From: Alteromonas sp. | Lineage (GTDB): Bacteria; Margulisbacteria; Marinamargulisbacteria; UBA6595 | Assembly: GCA_964220215.1 (NCBI GenBank) | Contig: CAXPTH010000007.1 | Location: 1-64,000, forward strand | Length of the DNA stretch: 64,000 nucleotides | Direction of reading: 5' to 3' | Shown here: positions 38,730 to 49,755 of the stretch, in pieces | Numbering within the stretch: position 1 is the first letter of the stretch | Layout of the letters: every line of letters begins with the position of its first letter | Translations under genes and position numbers: made by a program | The notes under the pieces: model-generated | The model's input: the letters and a program-made list of their open reading frames with translations, nothing else | What the model was told of the DNA's origin: nothing | Databases searched by the model: none

Positions 38730-40103
38730 ATGCGACGGCACATCACCACACTCAGTTCGCGTTGGCACCGGTGGTTGGGCTGGACCGGCGGCCTTGCGTT
38801 ATGCGTATTTGCCGTCTCCGGCATGTTGCACCCCATTATGACCTGGACAGGACCCAAACCAGTCACCCATCGCCCCCCAACGGCCGCTATCGCTGGAACT
38901 GCGGTCACCCAACTGGCGCATTGGCTGAATCAATCCGGCCTTGCGCACGCCCGTCTGGTCAAACTGGTCCCCACACACACTGGACTGGCGATTCAAATCA
39001 CCCAAGATCCGAACCAACCCCGGCACTACATAAACCTAGACACTGGGCAGAAGCTCCCCGAGTCTACGGATGCCGAGTACGCCGTTTGGCTGGCCCGCCA
39101 CTACACCGGTCTCAGCGATGCCCCCGTAGCCAGCATTGGCATGCAAACACAGTTTGATTCGGCCTACCCCTGGGTCAATCGCTTATTGCCCGTTTATCGC
39201 ATTACCTTGGCCCATGACCCCCCAACAACGGTGTTTATTGACACAGAACTGGGCGCCTTGGCCAGCATTACAACGCCATGGAAAACACGCTTACAGGGAA
39301 TATTTCGAGCCTTACACACCTGGCAATGGTTGGATCGGTTTAATCAGACACGCATCATTCTGATGAGCGGGCTACTGCTGTCGTTAATTGGGCTGAGCCT
39401 GTCGGGCATTGGCCTCATTGTTGGCCTGCGCCGAAGCACAATCCCCCTGCGCCGCCGCCTACACCGCAGCCTCTCGATAGTCGTGTGGATCCCCTTGCTT
39501 ATGTTTTCCAGTAGCGGGTTTTACCATTTGCTACACCATGGGCTTTACCCCCCAATGCCCGAACGAATTCTGGCTGAACCCATGGCAATAGCGTCCATAC
39601 CAACTCCCCCCGCACACCAATCCCAATCCCCATTGAGCAGCATTAGCCTAATTCAAGGCCCAGACCATCAGCTGTTGTATCGGCTGGACTCCGGCACCCA
39701 AAAACCCGCTGAGTATGTGTCCCATCGGGGCACCGAAGCCCCCATGAGCGATGCGACGCTGGTTGAGTTTTACGCCAACCGCTACATGAACCATGCGCCT
39801 ATTATGGGTATAAAACGCCTAACTCGATTTAGCCCCTTGTATGATTTTCGGAATAAGCGACTCCCCGTCTTTCAGTTCACCTATGCCGACCGACATCTCT
39901 TTATCGATCCCAAAACAGGCACTCTGGTTGAACAGCTGGACCGTGCAGACCGCTACGAACGGTTGGTGTTTTCAAGCCTTCACAAATGGAATTTTTTAAC
40001 CCCTTGGACCGGCCGGCCCGTACGGGATGCCCTCATGATTAGCGTACTCGGGCTTAGCATCATCAGTGCCGGTCTTGGGTTTTGGTTACTGTTGAAACGT
40101 TAG
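38730..40103 (+). CDS. PepSY-associated TM helix protein
   Basis: WHRWLG, LHTW, LHRSL, LHKW repeats. Confidence 0.85.
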   Translation: MRRHITTLSSRWHRWLGWTGGLALCVFAVSGMLHPIMTWTGPKPVTHRPPTAAIAGTAVTQLAHWLNQSGLAHARLVKLVPTHTGLAIQITQDPNQPRHYINLDTGQKLPESTDAEYAVWLARHYTGLSDAPVASIGMQTQFDSAYPWVNRLLPVYRITLAHDPPTTVFIDTELGALASITTPWKTRLQGIFRALHTWQWLDRFNQTRIILMSGLLLSLIGLSLSGIGLIVGLRRSTIPLRRRLHRSLSIVVWIPLLMFSSSGFYHLLHHGLYPPMPERILAEPMAIASIPTPPAHQSQSPLSSISLIQGPDHQLLYRLDSGTQKPAEYVSHRGTEAPMSDATLVEFYANRYMNHAPIMGIKRLTRFSPLYDFRNKRLPVFQFTYADRHLFIDPKTGTLVEQLDRADRYERLVFSSLHKWNFLTPWTGRPVRDALMISVLGLSIISAGLGFWLLLKR

Positions 40104-40214
40104 GGACCGTGCGGAGGGCGTGGCGTTAGAGCAGACGCTACAAATCCAAAAATGCCAAAAAACGTGTTGCAAATGGTCACAACCTTTATGAAAATCCGGC
40201 GGTTTAATCATGTG

Positions 40215-40291
<77 letters not shown>

Positions 40292-40292
40292 T

Positions 40293-42290
40293 TTATTCTG
40301 GTGGTTGACCCCCAGATTGTTTGGCCGCTGCTTTTTTACTGGCCGGCTTAGCGGATCGCTTTTTTTCCGCCGGTTTTTTAGCTGCTGCTTTTTTGGCCAC
40401 TGCTTTTTTGGCCTGTTTATTCTCCTGTGGAGCATGCGACCCTGATTTTCCGGATAATAAATCATCCGCCAACCCTTTAAACGTCTCAGCATCCAACGTC
40501 TCTTTCTCCATCAGAAAGGTGGATATCGCCACCAAGACCGATTTGTGTTTGGTTAACAATACCTTGGCTGCGTCATAGTTTTTTTGAATAAGGGACTGAA
40601 TCGCCTCGTCGATTTGACGGGATGTTTGATCCGAATAGTCTTTGGAATGATCCGAATAATCCCGCCCCAAAAAGACATTCTGAGACTCTCGACCATATTT
40701 GCGCGTTCCCAACTCGCTCATGCCGTACAAACACACATACTGACGCGCGAGATCCGTGGCACGCTCAATATCATTAGAGGCCCCTGACGTTACCGTTTTA
40801 AATAAAAGCTCTTCCGCAATTCGACCCCCCATTAACACCTGTATTTTTGCCTCAATGTCTTCATTAGACACCAAATAGCGGTCTTCGGTGGGCAACTGCA
40901 AGGTATAGCCCAAGGCCATCCCCCGAGGCAAAATGGTCACCTTATGGACCGGATCCGTACCCGGAATCAAATGCGCCACCAGGGCATGCCCCACCTCGTG
41001 ATACGCAATAATCTGTTTTTCTTTATCGTTCATAATGCGGGATTTGCGTTGTGGACCCGACAATACGCGCTCCATCGCCGCTTCTAAATGCGTGTGTTCG
41101 ATTTTCAGGCAATCCGCGCGCGCCGCCAGCAACGCGGCTTCATTGAGCACATTGGCCAAGTCCGCCCCCGTAAACCCAGAAGTCGCACGCGCCAACACGG
41201 ATAACCGACAGCTTTCATCAAACTCTTTGCCTTTTGCATGAATCGCCAAAATGGCTTCTCGGCCACTCAAATCCGGCTTGTCCACCACAATTTGCCGATC
41301 AAACCGCCCCGGGCGCAACAACGCAGGGTCCAAAATATCCGGCCGATTGGTGGCAGCAATGACAATCACCCCCTCGTTTTTGCCAAACCCATCCATTTCA
41401 ACCAACAATTGATTCAGCGTTTGCTCCCGCTCATCGTGCCCGCCACCCAAACCGGCACCCCGTTGGCGACCGACCGCATCAATTTCATCTAAAAATACAA
41501 TACTCGGGGTTTGCTTCTTGGCTTGGGCAAATAAATCCCGAACCCGAGAGGCCCCAACCCCCACAAACATTTCCACAAAGTCCGATCCTGAAATACTAAA
41601 AAACTGAGCATCGGCCTCACCGGCAACCGCCCGAGCCAGCAATGTTTTGCCCGTTCCCGGGGACCCCATTAACAATGCCCCTTTCGGGATTTTTGCCCCA
41701 ATTTTCACAAACTTTTTGGGGTCTTTTAAATAATCCACAATTTCCCGCAACTCTTCCACGGCCTCATCGGCCCCCGCCACATCCCCAAAGGTAACCTTGT
41801 CGGCATCATCCGTTTGTGGCTTCGCTTTGGTTTTGCCAAACGACATCGCTTGACTGTTCATGCCCTGCGCTTGCTTGAAAATAAAAAACCAAAAGACAGC
41901 AATTAACAAAAAGGGGAATAAAGCCTGAATCAACAACCCCATGATCCACCCCGAATCCGACGGATTAACCGTCACATCCACCGCATTGTTTCGCAAGGTT
42001 TCCATAAGTGAATCGTGCTCAATAAAATACGCTTTGTACGTTTCCCCCGACACGGCCGTTTCAATGATCAACCGCTCCGATGGCCGAATCACCACCGAGG
42101 CCACGGTTCCTTGGTTCACATGATCTAAAAAGGTTGTGTACGAAATTAACCGAATTTCTTTGGGTGGAAATAAGTAGCTGCTCACCACTGAAAAAATAAT
42201 GAGCGCAATTAAAAAATACCACAAACCCGCTTTCCAATCGGGACGCTTTCGCTTACTATTTGTATTTGCTTTTTGTGGTTTTTTAGCCAT
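40293..42290 (-). CDS. ftsH: ATP-dependent zinc metalloprotease FtsH
   Basis: [20 protein letters not shown]. Confidence 0.97.
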   Translation of the reverse strand: MAKKPQKANTNSKRKRPDWKAGLWYFLIALIIFSVVSSYLFPPKEIRLISYTTFLDHVNQGTVASVVIRPSERLIIETAVSGETYKAYFIEHDSLMETLRNNAVDVTVNPSDSGWIMGLLIQALFPFLLIAVFWFFIFKQAQGMNSQAMSFGKTKAKPQTDDADKVTFGDVAGADEAVEELREIVDYLKDPKKFVKIGAKIPKGALLMGSPGTGKTLLARAVAGEADAQFFSISGSDFVEMFVGVGASRVRDLFAQAKKQTPSIVFLDEIDAVGRQRGAGLGGGHDEREQTLNQLLVEMDGFGKNEGVIVIAATNRPDILDPALLRPGRFDRQIVVDKPDLSGREAILAIHAKGKEFDESCRLSVLARATSGFTGADLANVLNEAALLAARADCLKIEHTHLEAAMERVLSGPQRKSRIMNDKEKQIIAYHEVGHALVAHLIPGTDPVHKVTILPRGMALGYTLQLPTEDRYLVSNEDIEAKIQVLMGGRIAEELLFKTVTSGASNDIERATDLARQYVCLYGMSELGTRKYGRESQNVFLGRDYSDHSKDYSDQTSRQIDEAIQSLIQKNYDAAKVLLTKHKSVLVAISTFLMEKETLDAETFKGLADDLLSGKSGSHAPQENKQAKKAVAKKAAAKKPAEKKRSAKPASKKAAAKQSGGQPPE

Positions 42291-42331
42291 ACTAGTCTCT
42301 AGTTTAAGCGATATGATCTAAAACAACAACT

Positions 42332-43864
42332 TTAATCACTCAAATCCAAGGATTTAAAAAACCGTGTGGCATCGGACTGAATGGCTGCTTTTTTTGCATC
42401 CGTCATCCGATCATACGTCTTGTACATCATCCCCACACGGGGATTGCCCTGCAAATAGTCCCGATTTCGAGCTAGAAAATCCCAATACAAGTAATTAAAC
42501 GGACAGGCATCTGGCCCCGTTTTTTCCGTCACCCGATACCGACACTGCTGGCAATAATTGGACATTTTTTGAATATAGCTGCCCCCAGCCGCATACGGCT
42601 TGCTCGCCAACAACCCCCCATCGGCAAATAAGATCATGCCCGTCACATTGGGCATCTCAACCCATTCGTACGCATCGGCATACACAATCAAAAACCACTC
42701 GTTTACCGCTTTCGGATCCAGACCCGCTAATAGGGCAAAATTGCCCAACACCATGAGGCGCTGAATATGATGCGCATACGCATTGCGTTGGGTCTCTCGT
42801 ACACAATTTGCCAAGCAGTTCATGCCGGTTTTGCCGGTCCAATAAAAGTCCGGCAACGGGCGCTTCGCATCCAAGGCGTTGCACTGGGCATACTCGGGCA
42901 TCATCCGCCAGTAAATGCCCCGAACGTACTCCCGCCACCCCATAATTTGACGCACAAAGCCCTCGACGGCATTGAGGGGCGCCTCCCCCCGATGGTACGC
43001 ATCCACGGCTGCCATAATACACGGCAAGGGGGTTAACAACCCACAATTCAAATAAAAACTAATATGCGAATGATACAGCCACGGCTCACCCTGAACCATG
43101 GCATCTTGATAATCCCCAAACTGCGGCAACCGATGCGCAATAAAATCTGCCAACACGGCCTGAGCCTGCGTCTGGGTAACCGCCAAATACATCGGCTCCA
43201 AATCCCCAAAATGATCCGGAAAGCGCTCCGCAACCATGGCCATCACCGATTGGGTCGTCGCATCCGGTTGGGTCTGCCACGGGGGCGGAACCCCGACCCC
43301 TGATTTTAAGGGCTTTCGGTTTTGGGCATCGTAATTCCATTGCCCCCCCACAGGCGCATCCCCGTCCATCAAAATATTATACTGCTTGCGCATGTCCCGA
43401 TAAAAATATTCCATACGCAATTGCTTCCGGCCCGATGCCCATTGGTCAAACGCATCCAACGAACACAAAAACCGGGTATCGTCACGAATAGCCACCGGAA
43501 CCCCAAACGCCGTTGCCCACGATTGCACCTCCACCAGCACCCGATACTCCCCTGGATGAGTCAGCACAATGCGATCACACCCCGTGTGCGCCAACGCACG
43601 GTGCACTTCCCCCCGAAATGACCCGGTGTTGTCTGGGTCATCCAACTGCGTGTACACCACCGTGTAACCAGCCGCCCGAACCGCATCGGCAAAGTGCCGC
43701 ATGGCTGAAAATAGAAACGCTAATTTCTTCTTGTGGTGTTTGACATAGGTCGCTTCGTCCCAAACCTCCGCCATGCACACGACGGTTGTGGCCGGATCGG
43801 CACCCGATAATGTGGCGATATCCAACGATAATTGATCCCCAAAAATAACACACAGCGTTGTCAT
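42332..43864 (-). CDS. FeS-type bacterial cryptochrome / (6-4) photolyase
   Basis: GDQL, HHKKK, HHIQRLM; Cys ligands in NCL, YCQQC and ACPF. Confidence 0.9.
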   Translation of the reverse strand: MTTLCVIFGDQLSLDIATLSGADPATTVVCMAEVWDEATYVKHHKKKLAFLFSAMRHFADAVRAAGYTVVYTQLDDPDNTGSFRGEVHRALAHTGCDRIVLTHPGEYRVLVEVQSWATAFGVPVAIRDDTRFLCSLDAFDQWASGRKQLRMEYFYRDMRKQYNILMDGDAPVGGQWNYDAQNRKPLKSGVGVPPPWQTQPDATTQSVMAMVAERFPDHFGDLEPMYLAVTQTQAQAVLADFIAHRLPQFGDYQDAMVQGEPWLYHSHISFYLNCGLLTPLPCIMAAVDAYHRGEAPLNAVEGFVRQIMGWREYVRGIYWRMMPEYAQCNALDAKRPLPDFYWTGKTGMNCLANCVRETQRNAYAHHIQRLMVLGNFALLAGLDPKAVNEWFLIVYADAYEWVEMPNVTGMILFADGGLLASKPYAAGGSYIQKMSNYCQQCRYRVTEKTGPDACPFNYLYWDFLARNRDYLQGNPRVGMMYKTYDRMTDAKKAAIQSDATRFFKSLDLSD

Positions 43865-45288
43865 ACGGACTCGGCGTTCATACGCTGAAATGCGGCTAAG
43901 GCTGACGCTCGGGTTTTCTCTAAGTCCAGACAGGGTTCCGGGTAGGTGATCCCCAACTGAACGCCGGCACTGGCCAACACCGAGGCTGGCGCCGTCCATG
44001 GATGTGCCAAATATTCGGTAGGCAACGCCGCCAATTCCGGAATATACCGGCGAATATACGCCCCATCGGGGTCAAACTTTTGACCCTGAAGCACGGGATT
44101 AAACACCCGAAAATAGGGTGCCGCATCGGATCCGCTGCCGGCCACCCATTGCCAACTGGCACTGTTGTTCGCCGGGTTGGCATCCACCAAGGTATCCCAA
44201 AACCAACGCTCCCCGTGCCGCCAATGCATCCGCGCATTTTTAACCAAAAACGACCCCGCAATCATCCGCGGTCGATTGTGCATATACCCCGTTTGCCACA
44301 ACTCCCGCATCCCAGCATCCACCATGGGAATCCCCGTTTCGCCCCGTTGCCACAGGTCCAACACGACCGGATCTTCTTGCCAAGGAAACGCATTGAATTT
44401 AGCTTGTAAATGGGTATGTGGCAATGTGGGGTGATGATGCAACATATAATAGGCAAACTCTCGCCATCCCAATTCGGTGCAAAAATGGGCCCGCTGTTTG
44501 TTCATGGATGACGCATACACGGCATGCCACAGTTGATTGGGCGACACTTCCCCAAAGTGCAAATGGGGGGATAGTCGAGACACACTGGGCTCTGCTGGAA
44601 AATCCCGCCGGTCTTTATACTGGTCCACCTGCGTATCAACAAACAGGTTGAATCGGCGATGCGCCCCCAATTCGCCAATATCCCAATGGGGAGCTAGGCT
44701 CAGATCCCACCGAGTATGCGGCAATAAATTCAAGGCATTGATGCTGGGCAAGGCCAACGAATCCGACTGATAGCGCACCGACTGAGGCTCGGGAATGGGC
44801 CGTCGGGGGGCGGGCGCTTCTAGACACCCTCGTTGATAAAATGGCGTAAACACCCCATACCGGGTGCCATCGGGTTTCACAATCGTATCCGGCTCCCACA
44901 ACAGCGACCCGCTGTGCACCGAAACCGCAACGCCGCGCTCGCGAAGGGCCTCGGCCACGTGTGCATCCTGAGCCACCCGCCATGGGGTATAGTCTCGGGT
45001 CCAATGCACCGCCGTGATCTGTAAGCGCGTCACGAGGTCCACCAAAATAGCCACCGAATCCCCCATGTACACCGACAAGGACCCATTGAGCCGCCGCTGC
45101 AAATCCGTCAAGCTGTGATGTAACCACCACCGACTGGCCGCACCCGGGGCATGCATGCCGGCAGCGGCATCATCCAAAATGTAAATGGGCAGCACCGAAC
45201 CGTGCTTAGCCGCCTGGGACAAGGCCGGATTATCCGCCAAACGCAAATCTTGCCGAAACCAGTGAATGGCCCGCTTGGGTGCACTCAT
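43861..45288 (-). CDS. phr: CPD DNA photolyase
   Basis: WFRQDLRLADNPAL, SRLSPHLHFGE, GYMHNR, YFRVFNP. Confidence 0.93.
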   Translation of the reverse strand: MSAPKRAIHWFRQDLRLADNPALSQAAKHGSVLPIYILDDAAAGMHAPGAASRWWLHHSLTDLQRRLNGSLSVYMGDSVAILVDLVTRLQITAVHWTRDYTPWRVAQDAHVAEALRERGVAVSVHSGSLLWEPDTIVKPDGTRYGVFTPFYQRGCLEAPAPRRPIPEPQSVRYQSDSLALPSINALNLLPHTRWDLSLAPHWDIGELGAHRRFNLFVDTQVDQYKDRRDFPAEPSVSRLSPHLHFGEVSPNQLWHAVYASSMNKQRAHFCTELGWREFAYYMLHHHPTLPHTHLQAKFNAFPWQEDPVVLDLWQRGETGIPMVDAGMRELWQTGYMHNRPRMIAGSFLVKNARMHWRHGERWFWDTLVDANPANNSASWQWVAGSGSDAAPYFRVFNPVLQGQKFDPDGAYIRRYIPELAALPTEYLAHPWTAPASVLASAGVQLGITYPEPCLDLEKTRASALAAFQRMNAESV

Positions 45289-45503
45289 CCGTCGTCTGCC
45301 CGCATTTTTTTGCCATGCTTAGCGGTGCGACCCGATACCCGTTTGCGCCACAATCGAAAACTGGATGGTTTTAAGTGTTTACGCATGATCGCAATAACCG
45401 CCGATTCGGTCACACCGGTGGCCGCTTCAATGGCATCAAACGATGTTTTATCACACCAAGCCATGCCAATAATATCGTCCACTGAAGCCGGGTCCGTGGT
45501 CAT
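45285..45503 (-). CDS. TIGR03643/DUF2805 family protein
   Basis: MAWCDKTSFDAI…LKPSSFRLWRKRVSGR. Confidence 0.85.
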   Translation of the reverse strand: MTTDPASVDDIIGMAWCDKTSFDAIEAATGVTESAVIAIMRKHLKPSSFRLWRKRVSGRTAKHGKKMRADDG

Positions 45504-46219
45504 GGCTGAATCGGCAATCCCTGCCAATCCCAACACTGGCCCGTATCGGCAGGTGTTAGATTTTCCACCACGTTTATTAAGCATTCAGCCGCATACTTCG
45601 CTGTAAACAATTGATCACTGGGGACTCGTGCCTGAAATGGCTTGGACAAGGCACTATCCACAGTACCCGGGTGAAGCCCCACAACAATGGCCTGTTTATT
45701 CACCCGTTGCATTTCAATGGCCGCCGTTTTGATAATCATATTCAGGGCCGCTTTCGATGCTCGATACGCATACCACCCACCCAGGCGATTGTCTGAGACA
45801 CTCCCCACTCGCGCCGATAAGGCAGCAAATACCGATCGGTTGGTTTTGGATAGTTTGGGCAAAAAATATTTGGCCACAAGCGCTGGAACAACGGTATTGG
45901 CGTGCAAGATCCGATTCAACTGATCCATGGACAGGGCCGCCACCGTTTTTTCTGGCATCAAGTCCCCGTCGTGCAGCATCCCCGTTGCCACAATAACGGC
46001 ATCGAGGGGGCCATCTTGGGCGGCAATCTCAGCCACTTGGGCAATAGACGCTTCATCCGAATAGTCCACCCGGTGGACCTGGGCGTTGGGTGGCGCATCC
46101 GGACTAAGCTGACGGGAAAATAATCGCAGTGTCGCTGTTGGGTATTGGGCGGCATAGCCATGGGCGAAGGCTTGGCCGATAGCCCCAGAGGCACCCACAA
46201 TTGCGATTGTTTGTGACAT
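45500..46219 (-). CDS. SDR oxidoreductase (CsgA/C-factor-like)
   Basis: SARVGSVSDNRLGGWYAYRASK, LHPGTVD. Confidence 0.9.
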   Translation of the reverse strand: MSQTIAIVGASGAIGQAFAHGYAAQYPTATLRLFSRQLSPDAPPNAQVHRVDYSDEASIAQVAEIAAQDGPLDAVIVATGMLHDGDLMPEKTVAALSMDQLNRILHANTVVPALVAKYFLPKLSKTNRSVFAALSARVGSVSDNRLGGWYAYRASKAALNMIIKTAAIEMQRVNKQAIVVGLHPGTVDSALSKPFQARVPSDQLFTAKYAAECLINVVENLTPADTGQCWDWQGLPIQP

Positions 46220-46370
46220 AAGATGTGTTTAGTTTAACACATTGTTTTTATTGTTGAGCAGCGAGTATAACTGCCCCAATGCCAACAGGAAATCCTAACC
46301 CCTTGGTCGAAGCGCTGGAAGCATTCCTTTTTTGATATAAACACCCCGTTTAGTGTAAACTATATAGACA

Positions 46371-46859
46371 ATGAGTAATATACCGGGTATCAATCCCAGC
46401 GCGCTCCCTAATGCGCAATCTGGGGCAAAAAAAAGCCAAGCGGGGCAAGAAAGCATCAAAGGACTTTCTGATGATATGGCCGGAGTTCTAGCCGCCGGAA
46501 AAAAAGCGAATTTGAACCCAGAGTCTGCCGCCACTATCCAAGGAAAAACGCCTCAGCAGCAACGCCCACAAGGCCAAGAAGAAACCATGTTAGCCGCTAT
46601 GGCCGCCTTGGATGAATTAATCAAAGAAGAGAAGAAAGAAAAGTCCAAGAAAAAAGAATCCTTTTCTGATAAACTTAAAGGCTTCAAATCCATTCGCAAT
46701 CAATTGGACGGTGTTCAATTAAACAACCCAGAAGAACAAGCCATTGTTGAAGAATTTATGCGAAACTACGATACAATATCTCGAAAATACAATCAGCTTC
46801 AGCAAGCCAAAGATCAATTAGAAGCACTCAAAAAAAAGAACGAAGATTCTGATACATAA
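46371..46859 (+). CDS. Hypothetical coiled-coil protein
   Basis: ORF with TAATG coupling to the next gene. Confidence 0.65.
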   Translation: MSNIPGINPSALPNAQSGAKKSQAGQESIKGLSDDMAGVLAAGKKANLNPESAATIQGKTPQQQRPQGQEETMLAAMAALDELIKEEKKEKSKKKESFSDKLKGFKSIRNQLDGVQLNNPEEQAIVEEFMRNYDTISRKYNQLQQAKDQLEALKKKNEDSDT

Positions 46860-47170
46860 TGTTAAATCAAGAATCCCTTCGCAAACGGATGAAGCAAGAC
46901 GAGCTGCGCAAACAACTCGCAGCGATGAAAGAATTTAATAGCCGATCCAAACAATTTTTGCGCCTCCTAAATTTTGGTTTAAAAACGACAGAAGATGAAA
47001 TCAAACGCTTAATGCGCCAAAATGATACCCTGCCGCCTGGCCAGCATTCATTGGACATCATGACCGTGGATCTTGGGGATACAACCATTGAAACAAACCG
47101 AGGCAAATACAGTACCTCCATGCGATGGGAAGACAATTTGCCCGATAGCGACCGAGGCATCATCATTTAG
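46859..47170 (+). CDS. Hypothetical protein
   Basis: Coupled ORF ending 9 nt before aroA. Confidence 0.65.
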   Translation: MLNQESLRKRMKQDELRKQLAAMKEFNSRSKQFLRLLNFGLKTTEDEIKRLMRQNDTLPPGQHSLDIMTVDLGDTTIETNRGKYSTSMRWEDNLPDSDRGIII

Positions 47171-47179
47171 CGTTGTCCG

Positions 47180-48478
47180 ATGCCAGTTACAATTCATCCC
47201 AATCAAGCATTACCCAATACCGCTGATCTGAGCGATATCCCCGGCGACAAGTCCATATCGCATCGATTGGCTTTGCTGGGCGCCTTGGCGGATGGACCTA
47301 GTACCATTCACAATTTTCTGCGCTCAGACGATTGCTTAAACACCTTGGCCATTATCCAACAATTGGGTGTGCCCGTCACCGACACCGACACAGCCATTAC
47401 CATTCACGGCGTCGGTCTGCATGGCCTTCGGCCTGCCAAAAAAGCCCTAAACGTGGGCAATTCCGGCACTGCCATTCGCCTACTAACCGGCGTGTTGGCT
47501 GCCCAAGCCTTTGCCAGCACACTCACGGGCGATGCCTCCATTCAATCCCGACCCATGGCACGGGTCACGCAACCGTTGGCCCTCATGGGCGCTCGTATTG
47601 ACTCAGACTACGCCCCGTTGCATATACCCGGGGGTGCGGTGTTATCGGGGCTTGATTACACATTGCCAATCCCCAGCGCTCAAGTCAAATCCGCCTTGCT
47701 CTTTGCCGGACTATACGCAAACAGCCCCACCCATATTCACGAACCCATCCCCTGCCGCGATCACACCGAACGGCTATTTCAGCATTTTCACATTCCCCTA
47801 ACCCGAAGCCAAACCACCATCACCCTAACGCCGCCCACCCAGATCGCAGCACCCACACCGCCCATTGTCGTTCCGCGAGACTTATCTTCTGCTATTTTTT
47901 TCATCGCATTGGGCCTGCTGACTCAAAAAACCTGGACCTTCGAGTACATTGGCGTCAATCCCACACGCCGCGCTGGATTGGATCATCTCATGGCTATGGG
48001 TGGTCAAATTCAGTGCCAAGCATCCGACACGGGCACTGAGCCCACCGCCACCCTAACCCTACAACCCAGCACCCTAAAATCGGCTCCCATTGCCGCAGAA
48101 TCCGTTGCCAATTTAATTGATGAAGTTCCCATTTTAGCCATTACCACCCTATGTGCCGGACAACCCTTTCGCATTCGCGATGCCGCCGAACTGCGCGTCA
48201 AAGAATCCGACCGGTTGGCCACCATCGCCCAATTGGCCACGGCACTGGGTGCCACCGTTCGGGAATACCCCGATGGCATTGATATTGAGCCGCCAACTGC
48301 ATTTTTAGACTTTGAATACGATTGCCACTTTGACCACCGCTTGGCCATGAGCGCGAGTATCGCCGCCATTGCCACCGGCGTTCGGGCAACCATTCACGGC
48401 TGTGAAAGCATCCAGACGTCTTTTCCCACATTTTTTACTCTGTTGGATACCCTCGGGATAGCGTATACTAGGACATAA
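47180..48478 (+). CDS. aroA: EPSP synthase
   Basis: PGDKSISHR, GNSGT, SAQVKS, RVKESDR, DHRLAM. Confidence 0.95.
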   Translation: MPVTIHPNQALPNTADLSDIPGDKSISHRLALLGALADGPSTIHNFLRSDDCLNTLAIIQQLGVPVTDTDTAITIHGVGLHGLRPAKKALNVGNSGTAIRLLTGVLAAQAFASTLTGDASIQSRPMARVTQPLALMGARIDSDYAPLHIPGGAVLSGLDYTLPIPSAQVKSALLFAGLYANSPTHIHEPIPCRDHTERLFQHFHIPLTRSQTTITLTPPTQIAAPTPPIVVPRDLSSAIFFIALGLLTQKTWTFEYIGVNPTRRAGLDHLMAMGGQIQCQASDTGTEPTATLTLQPSTLKSAPIAAESVANLIDEVPILAITTLCAGQPFRIRDAAELRVKESDRLATIAQLATALGATVREYPDGIDIEPPTAFLDFEYDCHFDHRLAMSASIAAIATGVRATIHGCESIQTSFPTFFTLLDTLGIAYTRT

Positions 48479-48480
48479 GT

Positions 48481-49755
48481 ATGTTACGCATTGTATCAGA
48501 GGCACTGGAATCAGAAATTAAAGCATTGCATCAACGCAATACCGCCAGCCCGGCAATATACAAACAACTAACCCAAATGGCCAAAGCCATTCAAACCCAT
48601 GGCGATCGTGCCCTGCTGGACTACACCAGTCAGTTTGATCAATGCACCTTTGGCTCGGGCCGGGAGTTGCTCGTGCATGATCGGCAATCCGCCTATGATC
48701 AAATATCCGACACGGCCATTGCCGCCATTCAACGGGCCATTACCAACATTCGACACTACCACCAACACCAAGTTCCCAAAAATTGGCGAAAATCCGGTGG
48801 CCCCGGCGTCCGTTACGGCGCCCAGTATCGGCCCTTAGATGCCGTGGGCCTGTATGTGCCCGGTGGGCGGGCCCCCTTGGTATCCACCGCAATTATGACC
48901 GCCGTACCAGCGGCCATTGCGGGCGTTCCTCGTATGGTATTGGCCACACCCCCACGCCCGGATGGCACCATTCATCCCGCCATTATTGTTGCGGCTGATT
49001 TGGCCGGTGTGCATGAAATTTACAAACTTGGGGGCGCCCAGGCCGTATTTGGGTTGGCCTATGGAACCGAGTCCATTCAAGCGGTGGACAAAATTGTTGG
49101 CCCCGGCAATCAATACGTCACCCAAGCCAAGCAGATGGTCTATGGCACGGTGGATATTGATAAACCGGCGGGCCCCTCCGAGGTCTTAATTGCGGTGGAG
49201 TCCATCGACTATGCCGCCCGTGCTGCTGCTGATTTGCTCTGCCAGTTGGAACACGACCCCTTGGCCGTCGGCTGCGTGGTCTCCACACAATTGGCCACCC
49301 TGCAAGCCATTCGAACAGAAGTGGTGCACCAACTCCCAGAGCGCAGACACCGAAAAACCATTGAAGCCGCTTTGGCTCATGCGGCATTGTTTCACGTGAA
49401 ACACACTCGGGAAGTCTTGGATGTCATTAATCAGGTGGCGAGTGAGCATCTGGTCTTGTTGCGGGACGACTTTGAGGATTTACTGCCCCAGATTCGGCAC
49501 GCCGGTTCCATTTTTTGCGGCCCCCATACCCCCGTCACAGCCGGCGATTATTATGCAGGCCCAAACCACGTATTGCCCACCAGTGGATCGGCACGCTTTG
49601 CCTCCCCGTTGGGGGTTATGGACTATATGAAATACAATGCCATTTTGGCTTATGAACCCACCGCCTTGGCCAACGCTGAAGATGACTTGGCTGTTTTGAC
49701 CGACTTGGAAGGCCTTGAGGCCCACTTCAATGCGGTTTCTGTTCGGTTGTCATGA
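48481..49755 (+). CDS. hisD: Histidinol dehydrogenase
   Basis: GLYVPGG, KIVGPGN, AGPSE, GPNHVLPT. Confidence 0.95.
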   Translation: MLRIVSEALESEIKALHQRNTASPAIYKQLTQMAKAIQTHGDRALLDYTSQFDQCTFGSGRELLVHDRQSAYDQISDTAIAAIQRAITNIRHYHQHQVPKNWRKSGGPGVRYGAQYRPLDAVGLYVPGGRAPLVSTAIMTAVPAAIAGVPRMVLATPPRPDGTIHPAIIVAADLAGVHEIYKLGGAQAVFGLAYGTESIQAVDKIVGPGNQYVTQAKQMVYGTVDIDKPAGPSEVLIAVESIDYAARAAADLLCQLEHDPLAVGCVVSTQLATLQAIRTEVVHQLPERRHRKTIEAALAHAALFHVKHTREVLDVINQVASEHLVLLRDDFEDLLPQIRHAGSIFCGPHTPVTAGDYYAGPNHVLPTSGSARFASPLGVMDYMKYNAILAYEPTALANAEDDLAVLTDLEGLEAHFNAVSVRLS

